A stretch of 60,979 bases of DNA, filler included, from Sphacelaria rigidula (GCA_964200075.2; 9 parts of 9 records of this genome joined end to end with filler, not necessarily neighbours in it); one strand, 5' to 3'. Counted from the first letter of the whole stretch, positions 45,836-59,460 are shown. The notes: a model not told the origin generated them from the sequence alone. Numbers and translations are program-made.

Positions 45836-47880
45836 ACTCAGCTATACCCCAGCATGAATCTCTCCTCTGGGGCGTAGATATGATGGAGCGAATATGATGC
45901 CACTGTCTGGCTTGGCGGAGAGAATGCATCTTACCGGTCATATGTGAGTCAGAATTTAGAATGGAAGATCCGAATATGGCGAATCTCGTCAGGTGTTGAG
46001 AGGTTTCGCCGCTTGTTCGATTGTTATTGTATATTTTATGGAAATGGTGTCTCAGAACCTTACGCGAATACTGACCCTAACTCCGTCCTGCGAAACGAGA
46101 GGCCCCTGGGCTTGTGAAATGCAACATGCGCATTCTGGGGTAAGTGTGCGTTGAGTGATGCTACGATAGGGGTTATTTTTTCAGCCAAAATGTTTTTCGG
46201 GGTGTTGGACGGATCATTTTGAGAACCGGCATTATTTGAAAAAAATACTGAAATGATGCCGATTCACGAAAAGGCCCCTGGGAGCATCTGCATGCCTGGT
46301 TCCCGGATATTTCGGTTGTACAGTAAGCCGCATATATTCGGGTTTCTACAAAGAGACCCGAAAACAAAAAGTGCAAACCCTATCGTAGCATGACTCCGTT
46401 GGAAGGCCTTAATTTGGGGGCTCGGGTGTGAACTGCGACGAAGCCACTTGATATGCCCCGGCACCAGCACTCGGATCAATGGGCCCATTCAAAAATCTAG
46501 AATTTTCTTCCTACTTTAGCATCAACTATATAGCATCAACTCTGTAGCATCAATTCCAAACGGTTACTTTCAACAGTCGATGAATTCCGTTGCCATTTCT
46601 CCCGTCTCTGGTAGCTTTGATGTTCCGCCAAGCACTGGTCAACCGTACAATGCGATATCTCAACGTGCAACCTTTTGATGCCACCCGTCTTTGATTTTTC
46701 TTCCGATGCATGCTGGAGTAGTGTCCATGGCCCTTTTCAACCATATCATTTCTGCCTCCGCACGGGAAAAATCGGCAACGAACGTGATAGTACCCACGAA
46801 AACGGATATCAGGGTTCGTAGATGGGTACTAGTGGCCGGCATTTACTATCGACCGGGCGCAAATAACATGAGCACTTCAATCGTCGACAGCCGTCGTGTC
46901 TCCGCGAACCTTCTTCCGCTTGCCAATACCACGAGGAGGTAGGAAGTGTTTGCGCCAGTTGTGGACGGCATACTACTCATTCGTACACACCTTCCGTGCT
47001 AAGGCGGTCTAGCCCCCTCAAGAGCTCTAGTACAGTACCGCGGGAGGTTAAGTTCGTTACCGTACACTCCCACTCACCAGCAGTATTGATGCCGTTCCAT
47101 ATAATTTGATGAGATTCAATCCAATGCCAACCCTTTGTACTGTAGCAATCACCCATCGTGTTTCCAGTACGAAACTTGTGCCGTTCGGTACACCAGCACA
47201 GAGACGTGCTAGACACGACGATACTATTCAGCGGACGATATTGCAATCCGTCGACGATGTCGTTCGAATCCTGCGTGAAAGAAACAAGGGTGATGAGTTA
47301 CAGGGTGCTGATCTCCGTCGTGCGGTGGTTGATAAGTTCATTGTATGTCGAAGAGGGGCACTTTCGTGCCTCGTGGCGGGGGTGCCACGATACAAACTCT
47401 GCTGTGCNNNNNNNNNNNNNNNNNNNNNNNNNNNNNNNNNNNNNNNNNNNNTTAATTAATTAANNNNNNNNNNNNNNNNNNNNNNNNNNNNNNNNNNNNN
47501 NNNNNNNAGCTCAGGGTGAACATCACCCCCCTCGCTTAAACCTGACCTCCGGTGTCATGTGAGGACATTGTGCTGGATCTACACGACCAGGAGAGATACA
47601 GAGGAATGTTTCACCATGTAGACAAAGTAAACTTTTTGTTGCATAAGGTTTCACTGAAATCCCTCACTGTCTAAAAATTAACGACTTGACTGAAGTTGAA
47701 AAGAGTTCAATTTTGCGCCGCACCAGCGCATGGGTGCAGTAGAGAGCCCCCTTCCTGCTCTGCAAGGTGGTCACCCCAGTACAGTACAAACGCGTGCAGC
47801 ACAACNNNNNNNNNCCATGCACCCTAGTGTAGCACAAAACCGCATAACTTTGTTGAGCGAAGTGTAGTGCAGCACAGAGT

Positions 47881-48287
47881 GTTGTACAGCCTGCGAAGTG
47901 CAATATTCGGGTGTAACCAGCGCCGAGTCCAGGAAGAAACAGTATGTACAGTACCGTTGTAGTTGTGTGACGGTCTTGTCAAAGCTACCCGCATTCACGA
48001 TGAGCGACATGCGGCCGTGGGTCATGTGTAATTATGCGGGTTAGATACTCCATGAAGGAAGGTATTCATCTCACCTGGTGCCTTTTTATTGCGCATGTAT
48101 TGTACAGCCTGTGAAGTGCAATATTCGGGTATGACCAGCGCCGAGTGGGGAAAAAAACAGCATGTACAGTACTTCATGATGGTCTTGCACGATGACCAAC
48201 ATGCGGCCGTGGGTCATGTGTGATTCTGCGGGTTAGGTACTCCATGAAGGAAAATTTTTATCCCACCTGGCGCCTTTTCATTGCGCA
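47881..48287. repeat. Tandem duplication of ~200 bp (47881-48095, 48099-48287)
   Basis: TTGTACAGCCTG.GAAGTGCAATATTCGGG...ACATGCGGCCGTGGGTCATGTGT...ATTGCGCA occurs twice. Confidence 0.9.
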
Positions 48288-49479
48288 CCGATGGCATGGT
48301 TGGATCCTGCACTCGGGTTCGGACGACCCCCTACGTGGAGCGAGATTATCCGACTCATAAACAACACAGATTTCGAGTTGTGAACTTGGACAGTACATCA
48401 GTATGACGATCACATGCAGGATCATGACATTAGATGGCGCGGCAACCAAAAACCCGTTATCGGTGGACAGTACAGCACGATAACCGCAAGATTGAAGACA
48501 TCTGTCATAAAAATAATTGACGTATGATCCTACACGCATCCACTCCCTCGCGCATTCGCTGACCGTAGATGTGGAAGATCCCCAAGACTCACAGTTGCAC
48601 TGAGATGCCGGCCGAGGCAGACCGAACGTGAGATACGGCACCGCAATCGGTCTCGAGGTAAGAGCACCCCGATACCCCTCGTGCACTATTACCGTGCGAA
48701 ATTGAGGTGCTGAAGACCCAGCTCATCTGACTGCTTTCCTCTTGTTCCCGCTGATGACTGAGATATTTGAACTAAATTGAGGATGCCTACGTTCCGGGAT
48801 GTCATCAGTTCACACGAACCCGTGTGTTTCGCAATCTAAAAACAAATAAGACTGCACGACTGATACGTTGCGTCAATCTATCATTGTCCCGTCTATTCCG
48901 GGCAGGTAATAAAGTGTTTGCACCACTGTCGCCTCCATCCCGACCGACACATGCCACGTCCGCGGTTGAAAGTAGATCTCCCCTGACGCACTCCGAATGT
49001 GCAGCACCCGTGAAAAATGTGAGGGATATCGCCGAGGGTCACACCGGCGAACGAGTCAAACCGCAGAAGTGGCTGAGCCCCCGTTCCTACGGTAAAGGTA
49101 CGGCGACTGTGCTGTTCAGTGCGCCGGAGGCGTCCTTCGCGTCGAGTGATGGCGCATCTGTAGAAAAGCAGGGGTTGGAGGGGTGCAATGACCATCCGAG
49201 TGCAGAAGGTAGTAACTTCAAATTTTGATCGGCCGGGGAAGGCGTGACTTGTGAAATCTCCATCACCTCGGCGTCAGAACACAATGTACGGGAGGTGCCA
49301 CCACGGAATCCGCCGACAGTACCTCTCCAGGAAGTGGGTAACACCCCCCGCATATCGGGAGAGCTGCCGGTGGTAGAGTCCCGGAGGTACAAATTTCAAT
49401 TCCATCGGCCAAGACCAAGAAAAGACGTACACCGTTCAAGTCCGGCAGAGGCACACCACCACGTGCCGGCATAAGTGCA

Positions 49480-52400
49480 TTGAGGCGGAAGAGAACCGCT
49501 ACGAATAAGCCGGAGGTTGACAGCGTATGGCGAGCGTGGCATGAACAACAGCATGCGGTGTTGCAGCACAGAAACGGCGTGAGAGATGATCAGCTGCTGG
49601 CAATACAATCTCCCGAGGAAGTGCCGATGTCCGTATTCCCATACAACTCCCGATGTCCGGTATTGCGGCTGTGCTTCGCCTGCTATCGACCAGGGCCCGG
49701 GGAAGGCAATGCCTGGCGTCATCGTGGCGTGGCGCGAATCACGAAGGCTCGGCAATTTCTGGAGTCGTGCGCGGATGATGATGGTGTCCGCCTGACTACG
49801 CTTGTGAAAAACTACCAACCGAGTTCAGTTTGCTTGTGCAGCCGGCATCTTTGTTCTTGGAGCTCCATCGAGCGATACAGGATAACGAGTACTAGACGGA
49901 AGGCAAATTCCCTCCCTCCGGTTAGCTGCACACGCGTGACTGTTGGTTTAACACCCCCCCCTACCCCTGCCGAGCCGTACTTTGTTGCAGAGGTACACCA
50001 AGAAAGTGATTGCGGCCGTCGGAGAGTGGCGTTTAGTGGGACTGCGGGATGTTCAATCCTGGCTGCCCGAAGCCAGAACCGCAGTGAACGCCCGGGCTGT
50101 TCTAGACAAGCGCACCAGGGAGCAAGCGCTGAGAATTGTCGATGCGGTGGCCGCGGACGGCGCAGTCGACGCCAAGCTTGAGAAGATAAGCGGGGTTGAT
50201 GCGGCTGTATTCGATGGGCGACGCAAGTTCATCTATCTCGTTCTTGAAGGGGTGTCGCCCGAGGTAGCCATTGCGGCCGACGTTGAACTTCGCAACATGC
50301 TTACGAGAGTACGAGAGTTGGAGGGTTCTGTCTCCCACCTCACCGCCGAGATGGAGACAGGTCAGCCTATTGAACACGCACTCCAGCGTGTGACAGCTGC
50401 CGTTTCGGAGGAGGATACACGGGCCGTGTTCATAGCGGCTGGGTCTATCATCAGGGTGGGCATCGAAATTGCACACGAACTGAGGAACGTATCGGGAGAT
50501 AGGGACCAGAAATACGCCGCCGGCACTGTTGGCATTGCTGAGCAGTCTGTGCCATTTGCAAGTGTCGAGTGATGATCCGGACTTGCTTTTTCCGACAGTG
50601 GATGAAGCAAGGAGCGGTAGGCAAGGGGATTCTGTTCATGCGCCTCGCACCGCTGGGGCGGATAATGTCGATATGTCGGCGGCGCCGGGTGGCGGGGCGG
50701 GTTTGATGGGCACCGCAAGCAGGTGTGGTGGTGGAACGGCGCAACAGGAACACGGGGGCGCAGCTCAAGGAGGATCGTCGATGTTCCTCGCCAGCGCAAG
50801 AACACACGGATCGACCCCGCGGGAAAAGACGCTGCGTAAGAAAATGAGGGCCAGGAAGAGGCGGATTAGGAGACTGTATATGCTCGTGCAAAACCTCATC
50901 AAAACTGTTTTAGGCCGAGGTTTTCGAGCAGTGCACGACTTCCATCTAGCGCAGTTGTTGAAAACGCACGGCACACCCGTGGCTGTCATCGACTGCGTCG
51001 CCGCCCATGGATTCTGCATGACAGAGTCGATGCGGTACAAGCGGGAACAGTTCTACGTGAAGTGGAGGATGGACAGACATGTCCTGGCCCTCGCATTACG
51101 GGTTGCTGCGATTCCTTGGGACACCTGGGATTTTTGGCCGACGACGAGTGTCACAGGGGTCGGGGCACATGTAAGTACTAAAGCGGCTACCTGCGTGGCC
51201 GTGGAGAATCTGCCTGGTCATCTATCGCTCATGCACGCGCACCGCCGGCAAGGTGACCTGGTGGCCGCGGATATCACGACGGGACCCTCCTGGCACCGGG
51301 ACGGTCAGCGATGGGAGCGTTTCCTCTCCGTATTCGACGATGCAGCATTCCGTTGCGCGGTGGCGAGGATTGCAGGTGAAGGTGGCCATATCGAAACGTG
51401 CGTGGAGATCGAACTCAGACAGGTGAACCGAGTTGCATTTTTTGGGTACTGAGTAGTTGGTCGGGATATTCGTGTCGAAAGATGGCGAGATCACGCACGT
51501 GTGGGTGGGGTGCGGTGTTGCGTCTGACATGGTAATATTTAGATATTGGAGCTGAGCTCGCATCAATATCAGGCTGTTTGCACTTGAGCTAGGGTCAGGG
51601 TTAGGTGATGACATGATTTCGCGCGGACGCCGCGCACGGGTAATCCAAATGTATTTGCTCGTACCGAATAGGTTAGCAAGGTGCGGATTCGAAATCCCTA
51701 GAGATGCCGTTTCTGCGTTTTCCACCCGGTACTGAGACTTCATCGTGAACAATTCACGAGCAAGAGATTAGGAGAAAAAGAATTTGTGGAAACCTTTCAG
51801 GGAATGCACGAGTGCTTCTCGTATTTCCGATGCAAGCTTTAAAGTCGCGCGCAGCGGGGGGTATTTCATGGTGCGACGTGCGCACCTCGCAAAATGGTAC
51901 GGATTAAACGTGTGAGGGTGGACAAATGCCTAACAGAGTGTATACCCTGCATCATCCGCGCTCGTGTGATTTAATCCTCGACTTCCCCCACTAGACGGTA
52001 GCGATGATGCAGAGGGACCCGCAGGTGTTTGAGTACCTCTTCATGCAAGTGGGCACCACGAAGAGTTGGTCCGACTCGAAGGCCGCCATCGACCGTCTTG
52101 CTGATATACGCCACGTGGACGAGAGGGGCGCGGCGGCGCCATGCATGGTTGCCGGCGATGAGGAGACATTTCGCTTCATGTATCACCTGATTCGGAGTAA
52201 CCCCGGCCACTATCACTGGCTCAGAATATACGTGGGTGACTGGCATCTTCTGTACCACATGGCGAAGGTCATCATGAGCCGGTTTTGGGGGGCAGGGATA
52301 GAGTTTGTCGCAGAAGCACTTGGCGTAGACGGAACCAAAGCATCGGAGGCTAGCAACGATCGGGTGGCACACCATACCATCAGCGTGTTCTTCGAAGCAA

Positions 52401-53031
52401 TGTGGGGTAAAATCGTGGCCATGTACGACCCCTAACCCTAATCGTGCAAACCCTGAGCTGCGCGTGCAAGCCGGAAAGGGCGGCGCGAAGAGATCACCAG
52501 TGCCAAGATTGCAGATGTTTGGGGGAATGTACGCTGAGCTGCGGTTGTCAGGGCCGCTGCTTTTTACCCCCACCCCCTGCCCAAGCGACCGACGCTACTG
52601 CTACAGGTGATTCCGCCGGAGGATATGTCGATACGTGTCGCCGACGTCGTGAGGGGAGGGGCGGATCCACGGCGAACCGTGGAAGGGGCGGGTCAGCGGC
52701 GAACCATGGAAGCGGCGGGTCAGCGGCGTTGCGTGGCGGGGGGCAGACGAATAGAGCGAGGAAGGCAGGTGCTGATAGTAGTCGTGGTGAGGAGTGCTTC
52801 CGACGAGATGGCGGGAGGACGGCGAGGGTAGCGGGAGGGGGATCGGATCCGGGACCAGATCCTACCAGTCGCAGTTGTTTCGATGGTGGTCTAGATGGTC
52901 CAACAGAGCGCGGATCGAAGCATTCAGCCGGGATCTGGCTTGGAGATTCAGACTCCGAGTGTAGCGACTCAGAGGTAAAAGATTCGGCATCGGAAGCAGG
53001 CAGTGACGACGACGACGAATTCGCGTTTTGA
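49480..53031 (+). pseudogene. Academ-superfamily (AcademX-like) transposase, intron-containing, frameshifted and internally deleted
   Basis: Motifs in Academ order: LCFACY; AAGSIIR...SVPF; VQNLIKTVLG...HLAQLLKTHG...VIDCVAAHGF; PWDTWDF...TG..AH (first D); phase-0 intron 51423-51994; AGDEET (second D); YVGDWH; FWGAGIE; RVAHHTISVFFEAM; then a Cys cluster CACK...CQDCRC...CTLSCGCQGRC and an acidic tail. Compared with a remembered consensus. Confidence 0.75.
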
Positions 53032-54534
53032 TTGCACCTAGAGCGAAAGCCGTAGACGTGTTTCTTGCAGATGAGTTGCGTAGGTAGACAAGTAACCGTG
53101 GGAGTTATCTTCTGCAGACGGAAGTTATGACCCGTGCGTAGGGTTGATGGGGAAGTTGTAGGGTGCTTGATGCAGTGCGCCCTTGTGTGTAGACGTCTAC
53201 GGCGGGTCGTCCGGCGACAACCTTGGGTGAATCGCCGTTTGTATCTCAAGATAATGCGTGATGCTAACGAAACGAACGACTGATGAAGCGAAATGACGAT
53301 CAAGACGTGGTGTTGCAGATAGCCTTATGGAATACTGTGCAACACGACCACCACACGCGCGTGGACTCCAGTCGTAAGGCGGCGTTCATAGCGCTCTGCA
53401 CAGCGGGCGAACCGCCACGAATATTTGGTGTGATTGATAACAACCGATCGTGAAAATTGAGGACAACGGTTTTCATTGACGATGATAGGTCGGGTTATTA
53501 CAATCTTCATAGGTGTGAACCATTTTTTTGAAATATGCCTCCATTCCTTCACATGCCGATAGCTATCACCAATTTCTGCATGCCATACAAAATTGAAATC
53601 CGAGAACCGATTTTTTTGGGTCCTATGTGTATATGTCCTGTGGTGATGGGGGGGGGGGGAGGGGGACGTTANNNNNNNNNNATTTATTGAAATGTAAAAA
53701 AAAATATAAGATGTTATATTTTTTTTTTTGTGTGTTTTTGGGTGGGTGTGGGGGGGGGGGGGGGGGGGGGGGGGAGGGGTACGTGATAAATATGGAACAC
53801 GTAAATCTATCCTCCATGTCGCAGAACAGTGGTTCGAAGTTCTGCACGCTGGAGGAACGCCGGATGATGTTCTCCGTCTCTAACCCTTCATTATTGCCCA
53901 CCAAACTTCGGTCCCCATCACACCGGACAGTCGGTGTGACTACCTATGCTTCGAAGCAAACCCTGACGCCGTCTCCGTGGTATCTCTCTTTTGTCTCCGA
54001 CAGCTTACAGTATCACTGACGACACAAGGAATCGGCAGAGCGTGAGTGTGCGTTTATACCTTGCGCGGCGATCCCGTAAGCACGCTTCATGCAACTCGGG
54101 GGAGCTACTTCTCACCGGTTTTCGTGGCGTCGCTCTTCTTATTTTTTTCTCTTTAGTTTGGTAATGTGTCTGGTAAGGAATAGCAGAGACGGTNNNNNNN
54201 NNNNNNNNNNNNNNNNNNNNNNNNNNNNNNNNNNNNNTTAATTAATTAANNNNNNNNNNNNNNNNNNNNNNNNNNNNNNNNNNNNNNNNNNNNGCAATAG
54301 GCCTATACTCCATGCAGTACACTTCTCGTCTATTGCATCTATTGACCATATATTGTCCAGGGTGTGGAATATTCTCCGACGGTGTTCGGAACTGTGGGAG
54401 ATAGCCCCCTCCGAAATGACCTTCGAGATCACTGGAGCCCCCCCCCCAAAAAAGGGTTTCTGACCCTGCAGTGCCCTTGCAGGTGCCTTCGAGGGGTGCC
54501 CTTGCCCAGAAATCCGAACACCATCGAAATATTC

Positions 54535-55070
54535 CAAGGTTGTGTTCTGTAGGGTACGGCTTCTGTATACCCGGGGTATTTCCCCGGGTATTTATCGTAC
54601 CCGACAGTTATGTGACCCCCGTAAGACTTTCATACCGGTACCCGACAGTTCTGTAACCTCTGTGAGACTGCCAATATCCTTACCCGATAGCTCTGTGAGT
54701 TCCATAAGCCTCCCGTACCGTTACCGGGGGCACGGGTGTGCTCTTGATAAGATACCCGGTTGCGGGTACGGCTTTTTGTGCAATCTTCATACCTTACCCG
54801 ACAGTTTCTGTGAATTGTGTAAGCTTTCCATACCCGTACCCCACAGTTCTGTGAGTTCTGTACATGATGTTTTTCCGTACCCGGGGTGCAGTTATACCCT
54901 TGACGAAACACCTGGTTGCCGGTACGGTTTTCTGTAAGCATCTCATACCGTACCCGACAAGTTCTGTAACATCTGTAAGACTTTTTATTTCGGTACCGAT
55001 ATTTCCATAAGTTTTGTGAGGAATCTTATTCCCTACAGATCATACCCGTACCCCGCAGACCACGACCTTG
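54535..55070. mobile_element. 536-bp MITE with CAAGG...CCTTG TIRs and 8-bp TSD (hAT- or P-like)
   Basis: CAAGGTTGTGTTCTGTAGGGTAC / GTACCCCGCAGACCACGACCTTG; flanks AAATATTC / AAAAATTC; internal TACCCGACAGTTCTGT repeats. Confidence 0.85.
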
Positions 55071-57432
55071 AAAAATTCAATTGTGTCTGGGGTAGGGTAA
55101 AAATAAGGATACTTACTCTCCCGACGTTTGTGTTGCGATAATACGATCTACAACCCCTACCCGAATACCGGGTAGAGTGAGGTACGATCGCAATATTCTA
55201 CTCAATATCTCGGTATTGTGGAGTACGATCTCAATATACTCTACCCGAGTTTTGGGTACTTGAAATACGATTTTTGAAAATGCCCAAAAATGCAGGAATT
55301 AATCTACCCAAAACATCCTTGGGAAAAACTTACAAAAATGGTACCCTTCCGAAGTGCGCCCGTGAGGTACCATTTCCCACAAGCCTGAACACCATCGAAT
55401 AATTTTCGTTGCCATGAAACCCCGGTGTCCTTGCGAATCCCTTTGTGTCATTTTCTTCTTTTTCTTGTCTTTTCTTTTATTTCCCTTTTATGTCGGTGTG
55501 CTTTTCTTAGTAGATCTGAAGTTTCTTTGTTTTTTCCACCCCGTTGAACTCGGTGAAGCTACTTCTCATGTTTCTCCTGGCGTCTCTCTTCTCACTTTTA
55601 TTTTGGTAATATTTGAGTTGGCTGGAGTCTCAGAAAAAATGACGAAGGACTCCATGTCTTGTGAGGAATAGCAGGGACCGCATGGGAAAGACGAGTCTAC
55701 GTCTGTGACCGAGGGTTGGAGAGATCGGACTAATGTGCGAAAACAAAAATAATGAATTATAATAATGAAACAAGGTCGTTCCTATTTTTTAGAATCTCCT
55801 CCTAGTTGAGGTGTGAAAACAAACCAAAACGTCGATCAGCCTACCAAACACATGCCGCGAAAAGTCATCGACCTGGCTCATTCATGAACTCTTTTGCAAT
55901 CGTACTTCCAGAAATCATTGCTTGGGTCGATCATTAACAAATGGATTTATTTTCTGCTGGGAGTGCAGTCCTGTCAGCTACCTGTGCTGTCGCGGTGCAT
56001 ATCCATGTGAACGAGGTTATGTTGGTATTTTTCCCTGCTTGAATATTGTGGTCGAATGTGATTCATCGTGACAGGTCCGTGAACCATGAGTGGAGTCTCC
56101 TACTATGGGTCGTCAGCCAATACCTACAGCGTTGCCGTACATGACAGACAGTACGTTATATACATACACGTAGTATACAGACAGCTTGCTACTGTAACAC
56201 ATACGGTACGGCACAGTGCCGGGCAGTGCACTTACAGTTCATCATAATAGCAAGTGCAGCAAAGTCAAATATAGCGTAGGGCAGTGTGTTAGTACCAGGG
56301 TAGTCCATAAGTCTACATGTGTCCACAACCTCGGCGGGACCATATTTCCCTCGGCATTGTTCCGGAAATATCTACGGATCCCTCCGCTTCGTTCCAGGAA
56401 TGTTCATGTCTCCGGCGTAGTTCCGCGAATGTTCCCCAGGAACGCTAGTCTGTCATTTCGGGTAAATGTCTATCCTGTCCCCTGAGTAATAGTCATACTC
56501 CAACTCGGGGAGGTGTCTCTTCCCACACCCCCTCGAGATCACTCCTCCTCTCGACTCTGGAGTCTCTCTCCACACAAGAACGAACTCTCTATTATAGGCA
56601 CGTCCCACGGCCAAGTCCGCGGCTCCCGAAACTACTTCTCTCACACCCAGGGGTAGAAGCCTCAAGTGCGCCATTTAATTTCACTGTACACTACACTACC
56701 GTACTCTACAAGCTGATGGTTCATGAGGACAATTCCGTGCTGAAGGCATGTGATATCCCCTGCGATTTTCGCGGTCCGTCTCATTTTGTGTGCCCCCCGC
56801 TAATTCTGTATCGGGCGGGGACTGGTCGAAAATCATTGAAAAACGTACTGGAAAAAAATCTGGAACGATCATCACATAGCAGCTCCTCTCAGTAAACATA
56901 CGACACTTTCTACGATAGTCTCCCCCCCCCAAAAGTGCATGGCTGAAGGCAAAATCTTCACGTAAATCGAAATGGGAAAAGCCGAGCACAACGAGCAGCT
57001 GGTAATTCCCACGTTTGGGTTCGTCCTAGCCAATGTCGCCAATATGAGGCGCTTCATGCAGCCTGAACCCGAACATCAGGCGCTGTATGGCGACTTTTTT
57101 CGTGACACTTTTAGCTGGTTTCTGGGGGGATTATCGTAGCAAGTGTCATACACGTACAGTAAGTACAAGGGACCTCCCTCGCTCTTTCACGCGCGTTTTT
57201 CACACCTGGTCGGGGTCAGCAAGATTCGGATCGTATCTGACGGTAGCTCTCTCCAGCGGCAGGCTCACTTCAGCGGTCATTACCCCGGGAAACCTGGAGC
57301 ATGACGATACTTCACGGTTTCAGTAGCTCAGACGAAAAAAAAAATCGTTACCGCGGGAACTATGCAGTATGGCGATAAACGCGAAAAGGATATCGAAAAA
57401 GAGGACATTGAAAGACAAGTGACATGATCATC

Positions 57433-58288
57433 CAAGGTCGTGTTCTGAAGGATATACCCGGAAGTGTTTTTTTTTGGTCGAGGTACCGAGCCCTTAACCC
57501 TTTTGGAACTCACAATGGAAAATTGATTATTTGTAATCGACGGTTTTTAAGCAAGATATGGTTGATGGCTCACAGCTCAGACGCAACAATATTAGCCCAA
57601 TGCGTATTTTTCAGACCCATGCGAGTGACAAGTGGGAAAAAGAAGGTTTCTTATTTACCGATGTGCGGTACCAGACCTGGGAACCCATTGCTATTTCTTG
57701 AATGGAATGTTTTACAGTGATATTGCTTATTATTGTAGATGGATACAAATGGACACACTTCATCCGTTGCGTGGTATGATTGAACAAACTTCACCCAACG
57801 TCTCCACAAGGGACACTTTTCCTGCACCCGCCGCGTGTGCTACTGGATTCTTCTTCGCTCTTTCACTATAGAAATGGTTGCCGTCGGCCTTTTCTGTTTC
57901 CATATTTTCCTCTTTGTCAGGGCTTCTCATAATGAGGCGTTTGGCCCAGGGACAGGAGGCGAGGGTTCCAAAAGGGTGAAAAAGAAGAAAACAAAATCCC
58001 TTGTTGGTCTTCCTCTTGTGTGACCCCGACTGAATCGCCTACATGTCCCGAAGGGTGTAGACTGGCGTCCAGAATAGATGGGATGATAACACAGCACACA
58101 CACCATACACACCAAGCCATAGCGGGATGTGTACCGAACATCCCGGTATGGCTCGGCAGGGTATCGAGTCCTGCTCCGAACACTCCGTCATGGTTCGGAA
58201 GGATATTTGCCGATCAAATACCTCTTTGATACTTTTGTAAATTACCCGAATTTCAGTCGGTAAATGTACCCTACAGACCACAACCTTG
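57433..58288. mobile_element. 856-bp element with the same CAAGG TIR family
   Basis: CAAGGTCGTGTTCTGAAGG / CCTACAGACCACAACCTTG; flanks TGATCATC / CCATCATC (6 of 8 match). Confidence 0.72.
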
Positions 58289-59460
58289 CCATCATCCATA
58301 GATCATCACACACACAAGAAAGTGAATCGAAGTTCGTCGACATTGTAAAATCGTATCCGCCGTCGGAGGGTCAATCAGCATGTGTCATACACCAAATATG
58401 CATTTAGTGGGGGTCCCCCTTCAAGGCCGTAGAGTACAAGCAAAATTCGACTGCCTTCAAGTGGGACTCAGCCTTGAAGAGTGTTAGGTTTAATCTACCT
58501 GGGGGGTCATGACCCAAGCGGGTTTCCACCTTCGAGCGGATCTCCTTGAAATGGTGGCATCATCGTGTATACATGACCACTTGTATCAGAATCGATTTTG
58601 GTCTACGATGCACATCCTCAGGAGAGGAGAGAACAAAGAAGCGCCTCCCTAGGCCTAGCTCCCCCCGCCCACAAGAGTAACCAACCCCCAAACCTCTCCT
58701 CCGTCGAAGATGTTTTTGCTTATACTGCATGAAAAACTTGGTAAGAAAAGCTTGAGGTGTGACCCAACCTGTAACTCGCGCTAGAACTCTCGTCTGACAT
58801 TCAACCCCCCCGTCCCCCCGTCCCCGTTGGTGAAACACCGATGAGGCAGTGTAACCCGTGGCTTTCTCTGGAAGTGGAGACATCAGAAAATGAAGCAACT
58901 CATTGGAGGTTGTCATCTATATGCAAGATAAACAGTACCGTTCGGGCCGAACGATCTTAGCAGGATGGCAGCGCACCCTTCATGCAAACCGCCGGCGCTT
59001 GGCGCTTGGCGCTTGGCGCTTGGTGGTTGGTTGCGAGCCTTGTCCGGCGAAAACCCGGCGTGCTCCGTCCCGACTTCGGAGGGATACGAGGTCAACGGTC
59101 ATACGACAATGGCATGCAGATCATGAGTACATCCGCCCCCCTCCCCCAGTCTGCCCTACGCCCAAACTCTAAAAACATGTCCAGGGTACTTGAAGGGTGA
59201 GGGTAAGGGTAGGGGTAGGGTAGTTTGAAGTGTGCATAATCCAGGTATCCTCAGACACTTGGTCTTCCCACAGTCGATACCCGAAGTACCGTATAATATA
59301 CTTCGCATTTTCGGCAGTCGACAACCTGGGTACAGTACCTTGCGACACTCCGAAATCTTGGCGGTCGATACTCCAGAAACCCGGTATTGCAAATACCCCG
59401 AGATACGGCACTCTACTCAAGGAGCCTTTGGAACCGTACCACCTTCCTCCGTTGCCATAC

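Larger units (their letters stand above)
42052..47407. mobile_element. Probable large GACTA-terminal DNA transposon starting at 42052; inner extent unknown
   Basis: Starts GACTAATGCCGAGAT; 42052-42244 is homologous to the 5394-5645 MITE. No second TIR before the contig end; the interior has decayed minus-strand exon-like segments. Confidence 0.6.
47508..53803 (+). mobile_element. Academ-type DNA transposon body; candidate right terminus at ~53803
   Basis: Contains the transposase; poly-G subterminus followed by ...ACGTGATAAATATGGAACACGTA. Left end, TIR partner and TSD not seen, so both boundaries are inferred. Confidence 0.5.

Noticed and set aside
42052..53803. A single element joining the GACTA TIR to the Academ transposase
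   Set aside because: The spacer at 47408-47507 separates unrelated contigs, and no GACTA-type TIR lies at the Academ right end.
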